A model generated the notes under the pieces. That model worked only from the letters and a program-made list of their open reading frames with translations. It did not search any database and was not told where the DNA came from. From assembly GCF_036321535.1 (NCBI RefSeq), contig NC_087452.1:33480001-33544000 (forward strand): a stretch of DNA of 64,000 nt, written 5' to 3'. Made by a program: the position numbers and the translations under genes. Each line of letters starts with the position of its first letter. Positions within the stretch are counted from its first letter, which is position 1. Positions 47,657-61,487 of the stretch are shown here, piece by piece. The DNA is from Camelus dromedarius. Lineage: Eukaryota.

Positions 47657-50600
47657 ATGGTGCTGCTCAGGCCCCTGGTGCTTCTTGTTGCTTTGGTTGT
47701 CTCTGGTGAGGAGCTGGTGGGTGGAGGAGCTCCAGTTCTTACCCCATGACTCCACAGAAGAGTAGAGTCCTGATCCTTCTCTGATAAGCTATCACGGAGG
47801 ACAGGGGCTGGGGGGAGACAAGAAAGGGCAAAGATCTGAACCCCTGACCCTCATTCCTTATCTTGGCTGCTTTCTTCACCAAATTCTCACTCCCAGTCTG
47901 TGAAATGAGCTGACACGTGGTTGGATGTGGGGATAAGGAAGGATTTTAGCTGCCTGTCCCCCAGATGTGGCCAGGCCCTAAGGCAGAAGGGAAGGACTCT
48001 ACTTGTGGGTATGTTTCCATGATCATGGGGGTCCTCCAGCCTGAATCATCTCTTCCTCACAGACCTCCATTGCCTGCCCTGGTTCATAAATGTCTCTGAG
48101 AGCCAGGGACCTGGTACCATCCTTCAGTCTTTCTTCTTCAACTGCTCTTCATACATACCCACCCTGAAGTTGCTCCATGTGCAGCCACCCACCAACTTCT
48201 TCAACCCACCCAGCCTGACCAGGTGGCAGGGGATCTATGTGGCCAAGGTAAGGTAATGGGACCATGGGAGGACAAGGGGAGACCCTAAATTCACAAAGCC
48301 AGAAATGATGGCAGGGGATGGAGAGCCTAGGCCCCACAAGGCACTGCACACCTACCACAGATAACCTTGAGCAGCTCGGCCCAGCTGGATGCCCTGGTAG
48401 TGAACCACTATGAGCTGCAGCTGCAGTTCACATGTGGCAACCATACGATGGAGGGACCACTCTCTGTGGATGTGCAGCGGGACCCTGGTCACATCCAGTG
48501 TGCTGGGAGATTTGCCAGCCCAGGTGAGGCCACGAGCAGCAGGTGGGGGTGTGGGCAGGCATTGCCTGAACAGAGCCTCCCTGACCTCCCCTCTGGCCAG
48601 CTGGGGAAATCATTCAGGTGCCAGAAATGGTCACACCTGGGGCCCGGCTGTACACTCTGCTGCTCCCAGGCATGGAACTCCAGGGAGCCCAGGTAAGCCC
48701 TGCACATGGGCAATGGAGGGAGGGGGCCAGGATAGGAGGACTGGGGTGACCAAGTCCAGTCTCTGCAAGGCCAAGCATAGCCTGCAGAGGGACTCTTAGT
48801 CTATAGCCGAGCCTCTGCATGATGCATGTTCTTGGAGAGAGCCACTGAGGGCTGCCCACCCCACTATGACTGGTCCTATAGGAACATCTCAGGGGCTGAG
48901 TTTTTTAAAGTTCTTCTGTATGTACTGCGTTCTCCATGAAAATTCTCTATCATTTTTGTAATCCAAAAAAGAAATGTGGTTAAAAGACAAAATAATTGAT
49001 TTAAAAGCAGAGAGGATTGAGGATCAAGGCCAGGGGGAACCCAGGCTAGAGTATCAGTGGTGGGTGTGGGAGCGTTGAGAGTGGACAGGTACCTGGTGGG
49101 TTGTTTGGGGATTTTGACAGGGATGCTTGGGGGCACTGGGTGCTAGGGATGGGGCCTCCAGCATCTCTGTCCTGTCAGATGAGCATCACCAGTGCCCAGG
49201 ACCCTCCATACTTCCCTGGACATTTCTCCATCAATGGGCAGGGCTGGCTGCAGGCACCGTCCCAGGGCCTCAAAGGACAAGCTCAAAAGGTAAGCATGAC
49301 TGGGGACCAGGAGATATCCATTAATTAGGCACAAAATTGGCAGAGCCATCACCTCCTGGAGGTTTGTTTGTTCTTGGCCTCCTCAGTCATGCTGCCTTTC
49401 CCAGACATAGTCCCTACCTGCACCAGCTGCCCCATGCTGTCTGTCCTCCCACCTTGGCCTGGTTCTGTGCTGAGCTCTTAAGTTCTAGAAAGAAAAGGGA
49501 TCCCTGGCTTCAGGAGCCCATGATGACTCTAATAGAAAGAAGAAAGTTCTATGTCATCACACAGGAAGAGAAAGTTCTGGGTACAGTGGCTAGTGTAGTC
49601 TGGAGGAGGTTAGAGAAGTTCCTTCTTTAAAACTTCCACATCTTAGTGACTGGCTCTTAGCCAAGTCTAAGATGATAATTTACATTGTGATTGACTCAGA
49701 TATTACTCTTTTAGGGGTTGTGTGAACCCTAATAGAAGGACTTATGACCCAAAAGAGTGAGACTCAAAGAAGTATCTGTCAGCAGAGTGACAGGTCATGG
49801 GGAGGAGTGAGTGTGGTACCTTGTGGGGAGCTGCATATTTGAAGGGAAGACTGGGCACAGACATACAGGTAGACACACACCATGGTTCCCTTCCTGTTCT
49901 GTGTGCACCGCAGGTCTTCCAGCTTCAGATTCTGGTGAACTTTGGACAAGGCCAAAGCTGCCATGGGATGCTGATTGTGAAAGTTTTGCCTGCTCCCTCC
50001 AGCCAGGTCTCCTTCCTGTAAGGCTCCCCTACCCTGGGAACAGTCGGGAAGGTAGGACCTAGCCCCAGGGAATTAGGAGTAGGATTAAAGTGTGGGGTTG
50101 CTGGTGCAGCCCCAGCTAGCTCCAGTAAGAAGGAAGACCCAAGGGAGGGGCCTGTAGACAGGCAGGTAGGAGCCAGTACCCTCATTTTGGTCCAGGGAGC
50201 AAACTCAGAATATCACCATCCCTGAGAACCTCGTCCCTGGGAGTAAGGTGGTTCAGGTCCAGGCCCGGGGCTTCGATGTGCGCTACGAAATCCTCTCCCC
50301 GATGCCCTGCCCGCTCTTCTCCATTGGATGCGGTGAGTGGCGTAGAGGGTGGGTACCCAGATGCCTCTGCGGCTGTTCTAGAGGTGACCCGTACCTCCTC
50401 GCTCTCATAAGAAACAAGCTTGGAACTGAGGCAGAAAGTTGGGGACCGGAAGTTAGAAACGAGACTTGGAGGAGTGGCCAGACTCTACGCTTTCCCCCGC
50501 GGATGGATCGGTGGGAGGGTGGGAATCGGCAGGAGCTGGGGGCGAGGCCGAACTGTGCGTCCCCCGCCCTCCCACCCCGCCCAGTCGACGGCCTGGTCCG

Positions 50601-53600
50601 GACCACCGCGCCACTTGAGCTGGCGCAAGCCCCAGGCGCTGCGGTCACTAGGCTTCAGGTGAAGGCCTTCGAGCGGCTCTGGCCATGGACCAGCGCCAAG
50701 CTTGAGCTCACGGTGGACGTGCAGTCAGTCAACCGCTGGCCCCCCCACTGCCTCCCAGCGATGTTGGTGTGAGTACAGGCAAGCCTTACTTAGGCTGTGG
50801 GGGCGAGAGCCACTTTTCGCGGCCCAGCCCCACCTCTCGCCCTGCCGCCCGCTCTCTGCTCCCAGGACTCAAATCCCCGAGACCACTCCTGTGGGCACCG
50901 TGCTGAATACCATCACTTGCACTGACCCAGACTCTCCAGGCTCCACCCTCGACTACCAGCTGATGTTCCACAGACCTCCTGGTACGGCCAGCCTCTGCCT
51001 TCGAGACAGAGTCCTGCAGGTACCCAGCCCCAGCCACCAGACACACGTGCCGGGTGCTTGGGATAGGAAGAGGGGGACGAAAGGGAGGTGGGGAAGGGGA
51101 GGCTAACGGTCTGTGGAACCCGAGACCATGAGGGCGAAGGAGACCGTGGTGGAACCAACCTGCTTTGCAGTCTGGAAAACAGAGGATCAGGGTAGGCTAT
51201 CTGTGGATACCCTGGCCCGAGGCAGAACAGCATGGCTCAAGGCTCTCCCAGGCTGGAGCCTCACTCTCTGGTCCTCTGGCTAGGTGAATGCCACACTGGA
51301 TTGTGACACTCCTGGGGCCTGCTTTCAGTATGCAGCTTCCATCCTGGTGCTGGATAACGGTCAGCCCCTCATGACCAGTGAGTGATCATACCCAGACCTT
51401 GACATTCAGGACATGGCTCTTCTGTATGCATTTTCCCACTCTCAGGATGAGATCACCTCTCCTCCCTCAGAAACCAAAAGAGCAAGGTTGTCTCCACTAA
51501 AGACCCCTGAGTGAGGCACATCTCTCCTCTCTTAGATGCCCCCAGCAGAGGAGGTCTATTGCCCTCCCTTCCTCTAGACCCTCTCCCTCCCTAAACCCCC
51601 AGGACAGGGCCACATCTCCCTCCTCAGAACCCCAGGGCAGGGCTGGGCAACCCCAGGCCAACTCCCTGACATCTGAATGGCTTCCAGCTGAGGTGCCAGT
51701 ACTCGTGATGGTGACACCTGTCAACGAGTTCGCCCCATCCTGTGTGCCACGCACATTTCGGGTTCGTGAGGATGCAAGACCCCACACTCTGCTGGGCTCT
51801 GTGCTGGGCAGTGACATGGATTACCCACATGACAGCATTGAGTTCTACATCTCTGGTGGATCTGCCCCCTTTGCTGTGGACCGTCTCAGTGGTACTCCCA
51901 CCCCAGGGCTGGGATGGAGAGGTGGAGCCAGAGTTGACTGCAGGCTAAGGTTGTGGCTATCTCTTCTAGGAGAGGTTCGCCTCCTGGGGCCTTTGGACTA
52001 TGAGCTGCAGAAATTGTACAGGCTTACTGTCCTGCTGAGTGACCACAGCCAAGACCAGGATCCCACCTGCCACCACTCAGGCTCCTGCACCATAACCATT
52101 GAGGTTGAGGTAACTGAGCCCTGAGACCTTGGAAGGAATTCAGATCTCCCTCTGGCATTCTGCTTTTCCACTCTGTGCCTCAGTTTCCTCTACTGGTTAG
52201 CTGGAGACGGGTGGGATGTCACTGTGGAAAGCTTTGGAGCCTGATGGCTGACACCTACGTTCTGGCTGTAGTGGGTGGAGGCTCAGGGGCTAGTCTGAGG
52301 ATTTGGGGAGTGGGTGACCTGTCTTCCTTCCTGCAGGATGTGAATGATCATGCTCCTGAGTGTGAGCCCCCATTTCAGGAACTCACCATCCACAGTCACC
52401 TGGGCCACAGTGTGGAGGTGACCAAGGTGTCATGTCGGGTTCCCCAAGAGCCACACCGCCTGGTCTTCTCCTACAGCATTGTGGGAGGCGAGGGCCATGG
52501 TAGGGGTGGGCTACCAGGCTGTGGGGGAGGAGCAGGCCAAGGCCAGCAATGGCCCCCTTCTTCTGCCACTCTGTTTTCAGGGAATAGTCAGAGCCGATTC
52601 AGCCTGCAAGGAGCTGTCCTGGTGTACAACGACCTCATGTTGGGGCTCTCCTGGCCAGAGCAGCCCCATACTTATGAGCTCTTGATCCATGTGGCTGATG
52701 CAGGTCCCTCCACCCCCCACCTCAGCACCACAACCACTGTCATTGTTCATCTAGTTCCTTGGACGGCCAGCACAGTGGCCACCAGCACCCACAGAGCTAC
52801 AGTGAGAGGGGTCCACAGGCTATTGGTGGGTGGGGAGAAAGGATCTTGGAGGGTGTGGGGACCTAGTTTTCCACCTGGAACCGATGTGGGGAACCGATGA
52901 GTGCCAAGAGCCTGACAATTCAGAAGATCAAATCTGGGGTGTGAGATGGTCCAGCCCTTGGAGTTGGATGATCAGGGCATTTTGGCAGGGCAGTGGTAAA
53001 ACTATGGCCCTATTTCAGGTGTCTTCAATGATGACACCCCTGCTTGTGACAGACATGGAGGCTTTCTGGCAGCCAGAGTCCTGGTTTGTGGTGGTGCTGA
53101 CTGTGACAAGTGCCCTTCTCCTCCTGGCTCTGGGCTGGCTCCTCAGCAAGCTCCTTCAGGGGTAGGGTTCCTATCCCTGTGCTGTCTGCCTCCTCCCAGC
53201 CCCCCAATGGACCCCATCTGTGATAGGTACTTTCAACCAAGATTTGCCCAAGCTTATGAGCAGCCAAACTGGTATTAAGTAGGGCTGCCCTCTCTCCAGT
53301 GTTTGTCAGGTTACAGGCAGTGAGATGCTGAGAGGAAGTTGTCTCAGTCATTGGCAGAACCCAGTCTTGGAATGGGATCGGTATGGATGAAGCCCAGGGC
53401 TTTGGACTCTGAGTCTGTCATGCATTGGACATTTACCCCTATTCCTGACCCCTGCCCTCCACTTGAAACCTGACTTTCCCCTAAGACTCTTCTTATGGGC
53501 ACAGGATTGAACCCAGAGGAAGGTGAGGGTAACAATGTGGTCATTGCATACAGACACAGGCTATCCCCAGTAAAGGGGGCAGATTGAATGGTATTAGTTC

Positions 53601-54720
53601 CTGGAGCCAGCAGGTCTGCTGGCCCTCACTGCTTGATCCCTCCTTCTGGCATTTTAGGTTGGCCCAGGTGCTCCAGGCACCAAACAAACCAGCCCAGGCT
53701 CTGCTCCTAAACAGGTAAGCCTCATTTGCATACCTTTATGCCTGGAAGTCCAGCTCTTAAACTCAGACTGGGGCCTGGAGGCTTATGCTATACTCCTGCT
53801 CCTACTCTATCCCAGTAGCCAAGGAACTGAGGGACCCATTGAGGGGTTCATGGAGGCACAGAAGATGGAGACAACACAAGCACCCAGCAGTGTCATGAGC
53901 CTGGTATGGTCAACCCACCATCTTGTGTAGTGGGCACCCTGGCTGCTCCAGAGTATTCCCCTGCCAACCCTGCCCCCTTCCTCTTGGATGGCTATCCCTC
54001 TGGGAGGGCCCATACCAGCACCATCGGGATGGAGGAGGCAGGTGACCTCTTTGGGGACAGGCCTCCACCTGCTCCCCATGGGCAGAATTCAACTCATTGC
54101 ACTCTCTCATTTTTCACTTCAGCAGCATTTTGATGGCAGAGCACAGGACTCCCGTGAGTCCTCCTCTTTCCAAACCATTCTCCACTTGGGCCCACTTTCT
54201 CTCCGTACCCCATCTCAGTATCTCCTCCTACCACCAGGCATCCACTATCTACTCTTTCCCTGAATGGGGTGTCTCCCCCCTAACACCTCCATTGACCTTT
54301 CAGCCAGTGTTTGCCAAACACCTGTGGGACCTGGTCTGATTCCTGCCCACAGTGGAAGAGGGGGAAGGTGGTGAGGAGGGAAGCAGCCCTCCAAATACTC
54401 CAATGTCACCATGAATTCTGGCAGAGTAATCTGACACTGGGCTTCGAGGGGCTGGTGTCCAGTTCAGGGAAATCAAGGATGTTTCCTGTGCATTTGAGCC
54501 AGACTTCAAAGGACTTGATAAAGGAGAGAGCGTCAAGGTGGATCAAGCAGAAGTAGGGGGGTCACACCAAGGGTCCTGGAATATCTTCCCTTAACCTTAT
54601 GGGAGGGAGGCAGTTGTGCTAAAGCCAGCAGTGATGTCTCTCTCTCCTGACCTTCTGAGCTCAGGTACAGGCAGAGATTACCTGTTCAACACACATACGG
54701 GAGCCCGGCGCTGGGTCTGA
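47657..54720 (+). CDS. CDHR4: Cadherin-related family member 4, 787 aa, 19 exons
   Basis: Exons: 47657-47705, 48063-48247, 48361-48523, 48601-48692, 49179-49289, 49914-50017, 50196-50332, 50585-50768, 50866-51019, 51284-51377, 51688-51891, 51970-52109, 52337-52487 (GC donor), 52581-52801, 53019-53161, 53658-53714, 53816-53903, 54123-54153, 54665-54720. Total 2364 nt, open. Signal peptide, cadherin motifs (PVNEFAP, LDYE, DVNDHAP), TM WFVVVLTVTSALLLLALGWLL, tail GRDYLFNTHTGARRWV*. Confidence 0.93.
50240..50900. promoter_or_regulatory. Intragenic CpG-rich island over CDHR4 exons 7-9
   Basis: Local rise in CpG density relative to the rest of the gene; boundaries approximate. Confidence 0.6.
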
Positions 54721-54794
54721 GGCCAAGAAGCTGCTTCATATTTGTGGAATTTCTTCTTCACATGATCATGGGCTATGTTTCAAGTTGATTTGAT

Positions 54795-54800
54795 AATAAA
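54795..54800 (+). terminator. CDHR4 polyadenylation signal
   Basis: AATAAA 75 nt after the stop codon. Confidence 0.75.
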
Positions 54801-56399
54801 CAAAATTACAAACAGAAGAGTCCTAGCCTTGTAACCTACATGTGGGAGAAGCTCTGAAATCTGTGGTCACTTGTTCTCACTTGGAGAATGCCCTGCCTTG
54901 TAGGAACACTCTAGGGAGGAGTAAGGTTATTTTTTTTTTGAGAAGGCATTGTACAATGCTCTGACAGTGATTAATGTTCTGCAGAGGTAAGAAGCTGTTA
55001 TCCTTGTTAGTGACTGTGGGGGCCTCCAGTTGGCCTATCCCCTCAGAGGACACCTGCTCCAGCAGATAGGGAGGGCCCAGGACCTTCCTTTTCCTACTGA
55101 AAGGAGGCCATTGTTTGAGAGCCACACCAATCTCCAGGGCAATCTGCTGACTGTATGTGGAGGTTTTCTTGAAAAGGATCTGGAGCATTTCCATTGTGGT
55201 GAAGGTTGGTGCAGACTTGGGCACCTCCATGGCGTGACTGGCCATGGAGGAATTGAGCAGGTGTCCTCATTTCTTCCTAATCTGTTTCTTTCTAATTCCT
55301 TGGCCCTCGGTCCTCCCTGTGCTGAGCTGAGCTGCTGGACGTGGGCAGGTGGCCTACAGTAACCTGCAGGAGGGCGGGTTCTATCGGGTGTAGTGCAAGC
55401 CCACTCCCCTCTGCCCGGCCTGGCATCAGGTCTCAGGTTACTGCCAGCTCTCCCCCAAGGACCTCCTGTCTGGGTGGAGGTTACCTTTACTGTAGTGTCC
55501 TCCAAGTTCTCTCAATCTCCTCCCCTCTGTCAAGTCTGTGGACCTGAACCCTCTCAGGGTACCAGAGGACCTCCCTTCCTGAGCCAGTTGTGGTGACCCA
55601 GGTGGAAGAAGCAGCTGAGTGCCTTCTGGGGTGGGAGGTGGGGCGGGAAGCATGCTTTGTGGTGCTTCCAAGTAAAGTGAGGGTGTTAGAGCAGGCCTCA
55701 GAGACAGCAACTTGACAGCAGTTGGTTAATGGAAGTGGTTTCAGGTAGACTTTTCCTGAGCACTTACCCTGCTCTAAGGGCTCATTAAATGTTCATCTCT
55801 GAAGAGCTTGATTTTTATCCTCATTTTACAGATGGGGCAATCAAAGCTCAAAAGTCACAAAGCTAGCTAGACCCACTTGCTGTGGGTCAGGCTGGGTGAC
55901 TGCATCTGAAACCAAGCCCAGGGTTAGGTGCTCTGTATGGGGGATAACTGTACTCCCAAGACTCTTCGTTGGCCTTGGTGGCACATCAGGCAATTAAAGG
56001 GAAAAAAGATGTCATAAGAACTCAAGACTAGATGCTCTAGGGCAGAAAGAGAGAATGCATGCTGTGTGACAGGGCTTGTGCTGGTGCCTGAACGTCAAGC
56101 AGAAGGAAAAATGTGGGCAACGCGCCAGGGGCTGCTGGGGCAGCACAGAAGGCTGCACCTTGGTACTGATGAAGGGCAAAGCTGAGAAAGCTTCTGGGAA
56201 GAGGGCACTATAGACGGGAGTCAGTAAGTGGAGGAACGAAACCCGGGGTTTCCATTTCCAGAGGTGGCATAACCTTGGTCTGGCTTCCCATTCTGAGCCT
56301 CAGTTTCCTCACCAGTGAACCAGGGACAAGTCTTGCCTCCCAAGCTGGATGACAAGAAAAGCATATAGCACACAGCACAAATTCGCTAAGTGTGCATAA

Positions 56400-57450
56400 G
56401 TGTAAGAAGACGATGCCGGACCCGCACGGAGGCCACATACGCAAGAATACCAAGGGCGCTAACAGCCTCGAAGAAGCCTCACAAGCTCTGCCGCCAGCAA
56501 CGCTGGGAATGGCGCGCATGCGCCAATTCGTGTCGTCACAGTCACGTGCTGAGGCGTTCGGCACGGGCCGCCAGAGTTAGGCTCTGACTGACAGACCAGC
56601 CGACCTGTCAGCGGGAGGCACTCCTCCGAGTGTCGGGCAAAGAGGCTGTTGATTGGGGATATTCTCAGCTGGGGGCGGGTTCTTTGCCGTCCTGGTTACT
56701 ATGACTCCCGGCCCCCGCCCCCTCGGCTGGCCGCCATCTTGTTGTTGATCCGTACCTAGTGGGCAGCGCCGGGAGCAGGACCGAGTGCCCGGTGCGGGGC
56801 CGCTGCTGCGGGGCTCAGCCGCCTGCGCTGCCTGCCAGGGGGCGGGCCGAAACCTGGAGGCCCGGGGGGCCCAGCTCCCGTGGGGAGCCGTGGGCGCCCG
56901 CTGCCCGGGCCGGGCCGGTAAGTGACAGGAGCCGGCCCGAAAGACCAGGCTGACGCCGTGGGGTGGGCGGCCGCGGGCGCGGGGTTGGAGCTGGCGCGTG
57001 CAGGGTAGGGGCAGCGGCTGAGCAATGCTCGAGCGTCCTGACTGGCCGCCCGTGGAGCCTCCCAGATGTTGTCGCTGAGGCCGTAGGACGGCTTCGGGGT
57101 GGAGGTCTGAGAGCCCCGCTCCCAAAGGCCATCCTGCGGGTAGCGGGAAACTAGTTTCTCTGACCGAAATCCTGGGCTTCTCTGACCCTCAGCGCTAATC
57201 CGTGTCCACTGCCAGCTTGATGTTCTCCGGGGTCTTGTGTTGCTCCCGAGTGAGCAGTAACGTACCGTTTTTCTTAGGTGTCGCTCCTGCGACTGACTTA
57301 CAGACCGCTTGAGACTAAGACTAGACAAAACAAGCGAAAGCCCCCGCGAAACGGGCAGGCCAGTGTGACGGCCCTGTGATTCTGGCTGAGCGAAGGCCCT
57401 CTGCCCGGCGCCTGCTACCTCTGCTCCTCGGAGCGCACCGTTGTCTTTTA
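56400..57450 (+). promoter_or_regulatory. IP6K1 promoter CpG island
   Basis: CpG island with NRF1 GCGCATGCGC 56514-56523, E-box/CLEAR-like GTCACGTG 56541-56548, GC boxes and YY1 GCCGCCATCTTG 56730-56741. Confidence 0.8.
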
Positions 57451-60279
57451 CCTGAAGGGCCTGGTTTAACGTCCATGATGCCCGAGTTTTATTTTGGGAC
57501 ATAATTTCTATGATTCTAGACCATCACTTTTTGGAGTTATGGTAAGATCTTCCTCTTTTTGCTCTAGGAGAAAGTGAATATCGTGGTGATGACTTGATTG
57601 ATTTTATCTCGTAAACGCATATTTTGCCAGTGTAATCAGGAGACAGAGGAAATGTGGGAGTGTTTTAGAATCAGAAAAAAATGAAACTTCTTTTTGTCTT
57701 GCGAATGGTGCGGAACTGGCACAATAACTTATAACAGTGTTAATGTATCTTTCCCAATGAAAACAGATCGCCAGGCCCCCTTCCTGTGAGGGTAAGACGG
57801 TAGAGACCGCGGGCAAGGTGTGCAGGTCTAGGAAGAGTTCAGAGTGCTTCAAAACACATTTCTTTTTCCCTATGAGCCCTTGGCTCTTCAGCACAGGCTC
57901 CTGTATTTGGTCATACAAAAAGCCTGCCTGAGACGGCTAAGAAGTTAAGCAACAATACTTCATACACTTGTGTCAGGATCTTGTCACCACAGAATGTTTA
58001 ATTTTCAAAGAAACCAGCTCCTTGTTCAGGAGGTTTTCTTGGAGAAGATGCTGAAACCAGAGACAGCTGGTGGCCTGTTACTGTTGCCCTTACATGTGAG
58101 AAGAGAGAGAAGTTTAGGGATTAGTCTTTAGGTATTTCATTACCCTTGGGCCATTTTTTGAATCTTGAGTGAGTTTTACTCTTGGTAAGACCAGTATCTT
58201 GGACAGTTCTTGACAAGAAAGGAGGGAGATACTAAAATATTTGGAGCTTCTCAAAGTACCTCAAGCTCCCAACCCTGCTTTGAATAACACTTCTTAAATT
58301 CCTGCTGTTTTCTGTTTAAAATAACCCTAAGTTAGTTAGGCTCCTAGCCTATTTTGGGTATCTGGCCTCTTGGAGATGTATAAACAGACAGACCCTCTCC
58401 TTAGTCAAGTTCATGACGCTAACCTGCATACAATTTTATGGGGTTCACGGGTCCATTAAAGTCCATTCATGGTCTAATCCTATTTTAGAACTGTTGCCCT
58501 GAGGAAATAATAGAATATCCAAGAACTTTTATTGCCTTTGTTTAATGCTTTTATTATCTCATGGATATTGATGAGTATTACATGATGCTTGCTTGATTCA
58601 GCATATGTTACTACCTAAAGATAGCTAATAGCACTACTTCTGTGCTGGGCATTTTTAAGTGCAAATGAGTAGGAATTTTATAGCCTTCCATTTACTTTAA
58701 CTTCATATTTAAATAATTCACCTGTAAATGTTAATACTTTTAATTATTATGGGCAACAGACATAATTTACAACTATAGAGATCCTACATCAAAGTCAAGC
58801 TGCTACAGACTTGCGGGATGAGATCTGATGTTCTAATGTGGCAGTCAAGGTGCTCCTGCCCAGCTGGCCTCAGCCCGCATCTCTAGGGTTTGTCCTAAAC
58901 CCCACTAACCAAATGGTTTGATAAACATTCCATACAAAATCATTTACTTACACAAATCCTTTTGCCAGCTTATCCATTGGCTCTTGCTCCTCTTTGGGAT
59001 ACCCTGTGCCTTTAGTTTCACTTCTCTTTTCTCCAGAGTCCAACTCATATCCTTCATACCTTCTTTATGAAACACTCCCAAAACATTCCAGTCCTTGGGG
59101 ATACTCCACTCCCTCTGAACTGCAGTAGCATTATTGCTCTTATTAAAAAACCAACAGTATATATCTTTTAAGAATAATTGTTTATTTCCTCTGATTAGAT
59201 CTAATTCCCTTCCTACAGAGACTGTATTTTTGTGTCTTCTTGTACCTCCAAGCAGTAGATGAGGACTAAATGTTTACTAAAATGTGCTAAATTTGTCTGA
59301 GTTGGAAACACTCTCTGTAATTAAACAAGGAAATGGAGGAAATGGGCAAGTACAAATGAGGATTTGGTAGCCGTGGATCTCCACCTCCTATCCTGCCTGA
59401 AGTGCTTGCACCTGTTAACACTAGCATATTATGGAGGCCCATTCTCATTCTGTAAGAGGCAGAACTTGTTCACAGTGCAGAACTGAAGCCTAAAAATAAA
59501 GTAATCCTGCATCTCAGAAAGGGTTTGGTGGCTCACCCCCTTCCTGGCTAAGATGCTAGTTTTGACTCTTGGAAAATAATGTATTGGGTGAACATCACAC
59601 TGGGTGCTGAGATTGTTAGACTCTCTTCTGGTTGGGTCTTCTCACTGCCGCCTTGGACTGCTGTAAACTGCTGCCAGTAGTATTGCTGCTTGCCCTCCTC
59701 CCTTTGCTGCCCTGAGACTGTAAGGAGCAGTGATGGGAAAGGCTGCACAGTGCACTCTATCTCTGGCTTGGGGCAAAGGAGCAGTCAGGCATTTTATATG
59801 TTTGTGCCAATGGATCTGTGTTTTTGCCCTGATTTAAAATCAGTTCATTTTACTTATATACTACAGCAGGATTTGAGCAGTTGATTCTGAGTGGGAAAAA
59901 CTAAGACATCTCGATTCTTATACAAAACATGATAAATCAAGATTCTCATGTTTGCTGCTATTATGGTTTGAAGTTGCATTTATGTAAGAGGCATTACAAA
60001 TGAGTTTTGATGGGAACATATGTTCACTTCAGTGCTGGATCCCTGTTAGAGACTTTATTTTGTTGAGTGCTTAGAAAATCTGCTGCTGATGCCTTCTGTA
60101 AAAATTTTATTTGTGGGTGCTGATTTAGCTCAGTTATTCATGTCTCCTCATTTTGCAGAAGGTGGGCAGGCTAGGGAAGCAGGTCTAGGACTGGACTTCT
60201 TTCAAGTCCAAAATGTGATGTCAGGGAATAAGAGCACCTTGAAATCCATAAAAATCTGGGCATGTTATGATTGAATGAA

Positions 60280-61010
60280 CATTTACAGTAAAACAACTAT
60301 TCTGTAATCAAAAAGTTAATGACAAGTGTTGGTGAGGATTTGGAGAAATAAACAGTCCTTATACCCAGCTGGTGAGAATGTGAGAATGAAAATGATGCAG
60401 GCACTTTGGAAAATTGTCTGGCAGTTCTTTAAATGATTAAATGTAGAGCTACCATATGACCCAGCAGTTCCATTCCTAGTTATCTACCTGAGAAAAATGA
60501 AAACATATATCCATACAGAGACCTGTATTTGAATGTGTATGGCAGCATTATTCANNNNNNNNNNNNNNNNNNNNNNNNNNNNNNNNNNNNNNNNNNNNNN
60601 NNNNNNNNNNNNNNNNNNNNNNNNNNNNNNNNNNNNNNNNNNNNNNNNNNNNNNNNNNNNNNNNNNNNNNNNNNNNNNNNNNNNNNNNNNNNNNNNNNNN
60701 NNNNNNNNNNNNNNNNNNNNNNNNNNNNNNNNNNNNNNNNNNNNNNNNNNNNNNNNNNNNNNNNNNNNNNNNNNNNNNNNNNNNNNNNNNNNNNNNNNNN
60801 NNNNNNNNNNNNNNNNNNNNNNTAAGGCTTGGGGATGGATGAGAGGATAGGGGAATGATAGGTAAAGGGTATGGGATTTCTTTTTGAGGTGATGAATGTG
60901 TTCTAAAGTTGTAGTGATGGTTGCACATGTCTTTTATATACTACAAACCATTGAATGGTACACTTTCAGTGGGTGACTTAATATGTGTGAATTATCTCAA
61001 AGCTGTTATA
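60280..61010 (+). mobile_element. L1 3' fragment in IP6K1 intron 1
   Basis: acaagtgttggtgaggatttggagaaa...catatgacccagcagttccattcctag...gtagtgatggttgcaca; contains the N-run 60555-60822. Confidence 0.8.
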
Positions 61011-61487
61011 AAGATAACATAATATATAAGAAATGTATATTCACTATTAAAAAAGATAATATATGAATAACATGAAATAAAAATAAAGGATCATTCATAA
61101 CTTTACTGTTAGTGTTTTATTGTATAGCCATACTTTTTTTCCCTGTGTTTTGTAACTTACAAAAATGAGGTTATGCAATACAATCTGATTTGAACCTTTT
61201 TGCAGTCAGCAATATATTATGAACATCTGGGTTGGTAAATGATGTATTTACATCAGGGCTAGCCGGCAGTAGAATGGGGAGGCATGATGTAAGGGCAGAA
61301 GTAAGTGGTGGGGACTAGGGTGAACTAGCAAGCACAGGCCTTATTGAAAGGGTCACTGTTTCTTAGTTCTAGCCAATTGTTGTGTTACTAGATTGTGTGA
61401 TTTTTTTTTTTAAGAAAACCAGAAATCTAGATTTTTATGTGAAATTTCCTGATTTTAGAATTTGGCAATGAATTAAGAAAATTTGAG

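Noticed and set aside
55224-55250. Perfect 10-bp inverted repeat CCTCCATGGC / GCCATGGAGG
   Set aside because: About one such hairpin is expected by chance in 64 kb, and nothing else supports it.
56756-57502. 248-aa ATG-initiated minus-strand ORF across the IP6K1 CpG island
   Set aside because: Typical CpG-island antisense ORF with no domain, and I cannot test conservation here.
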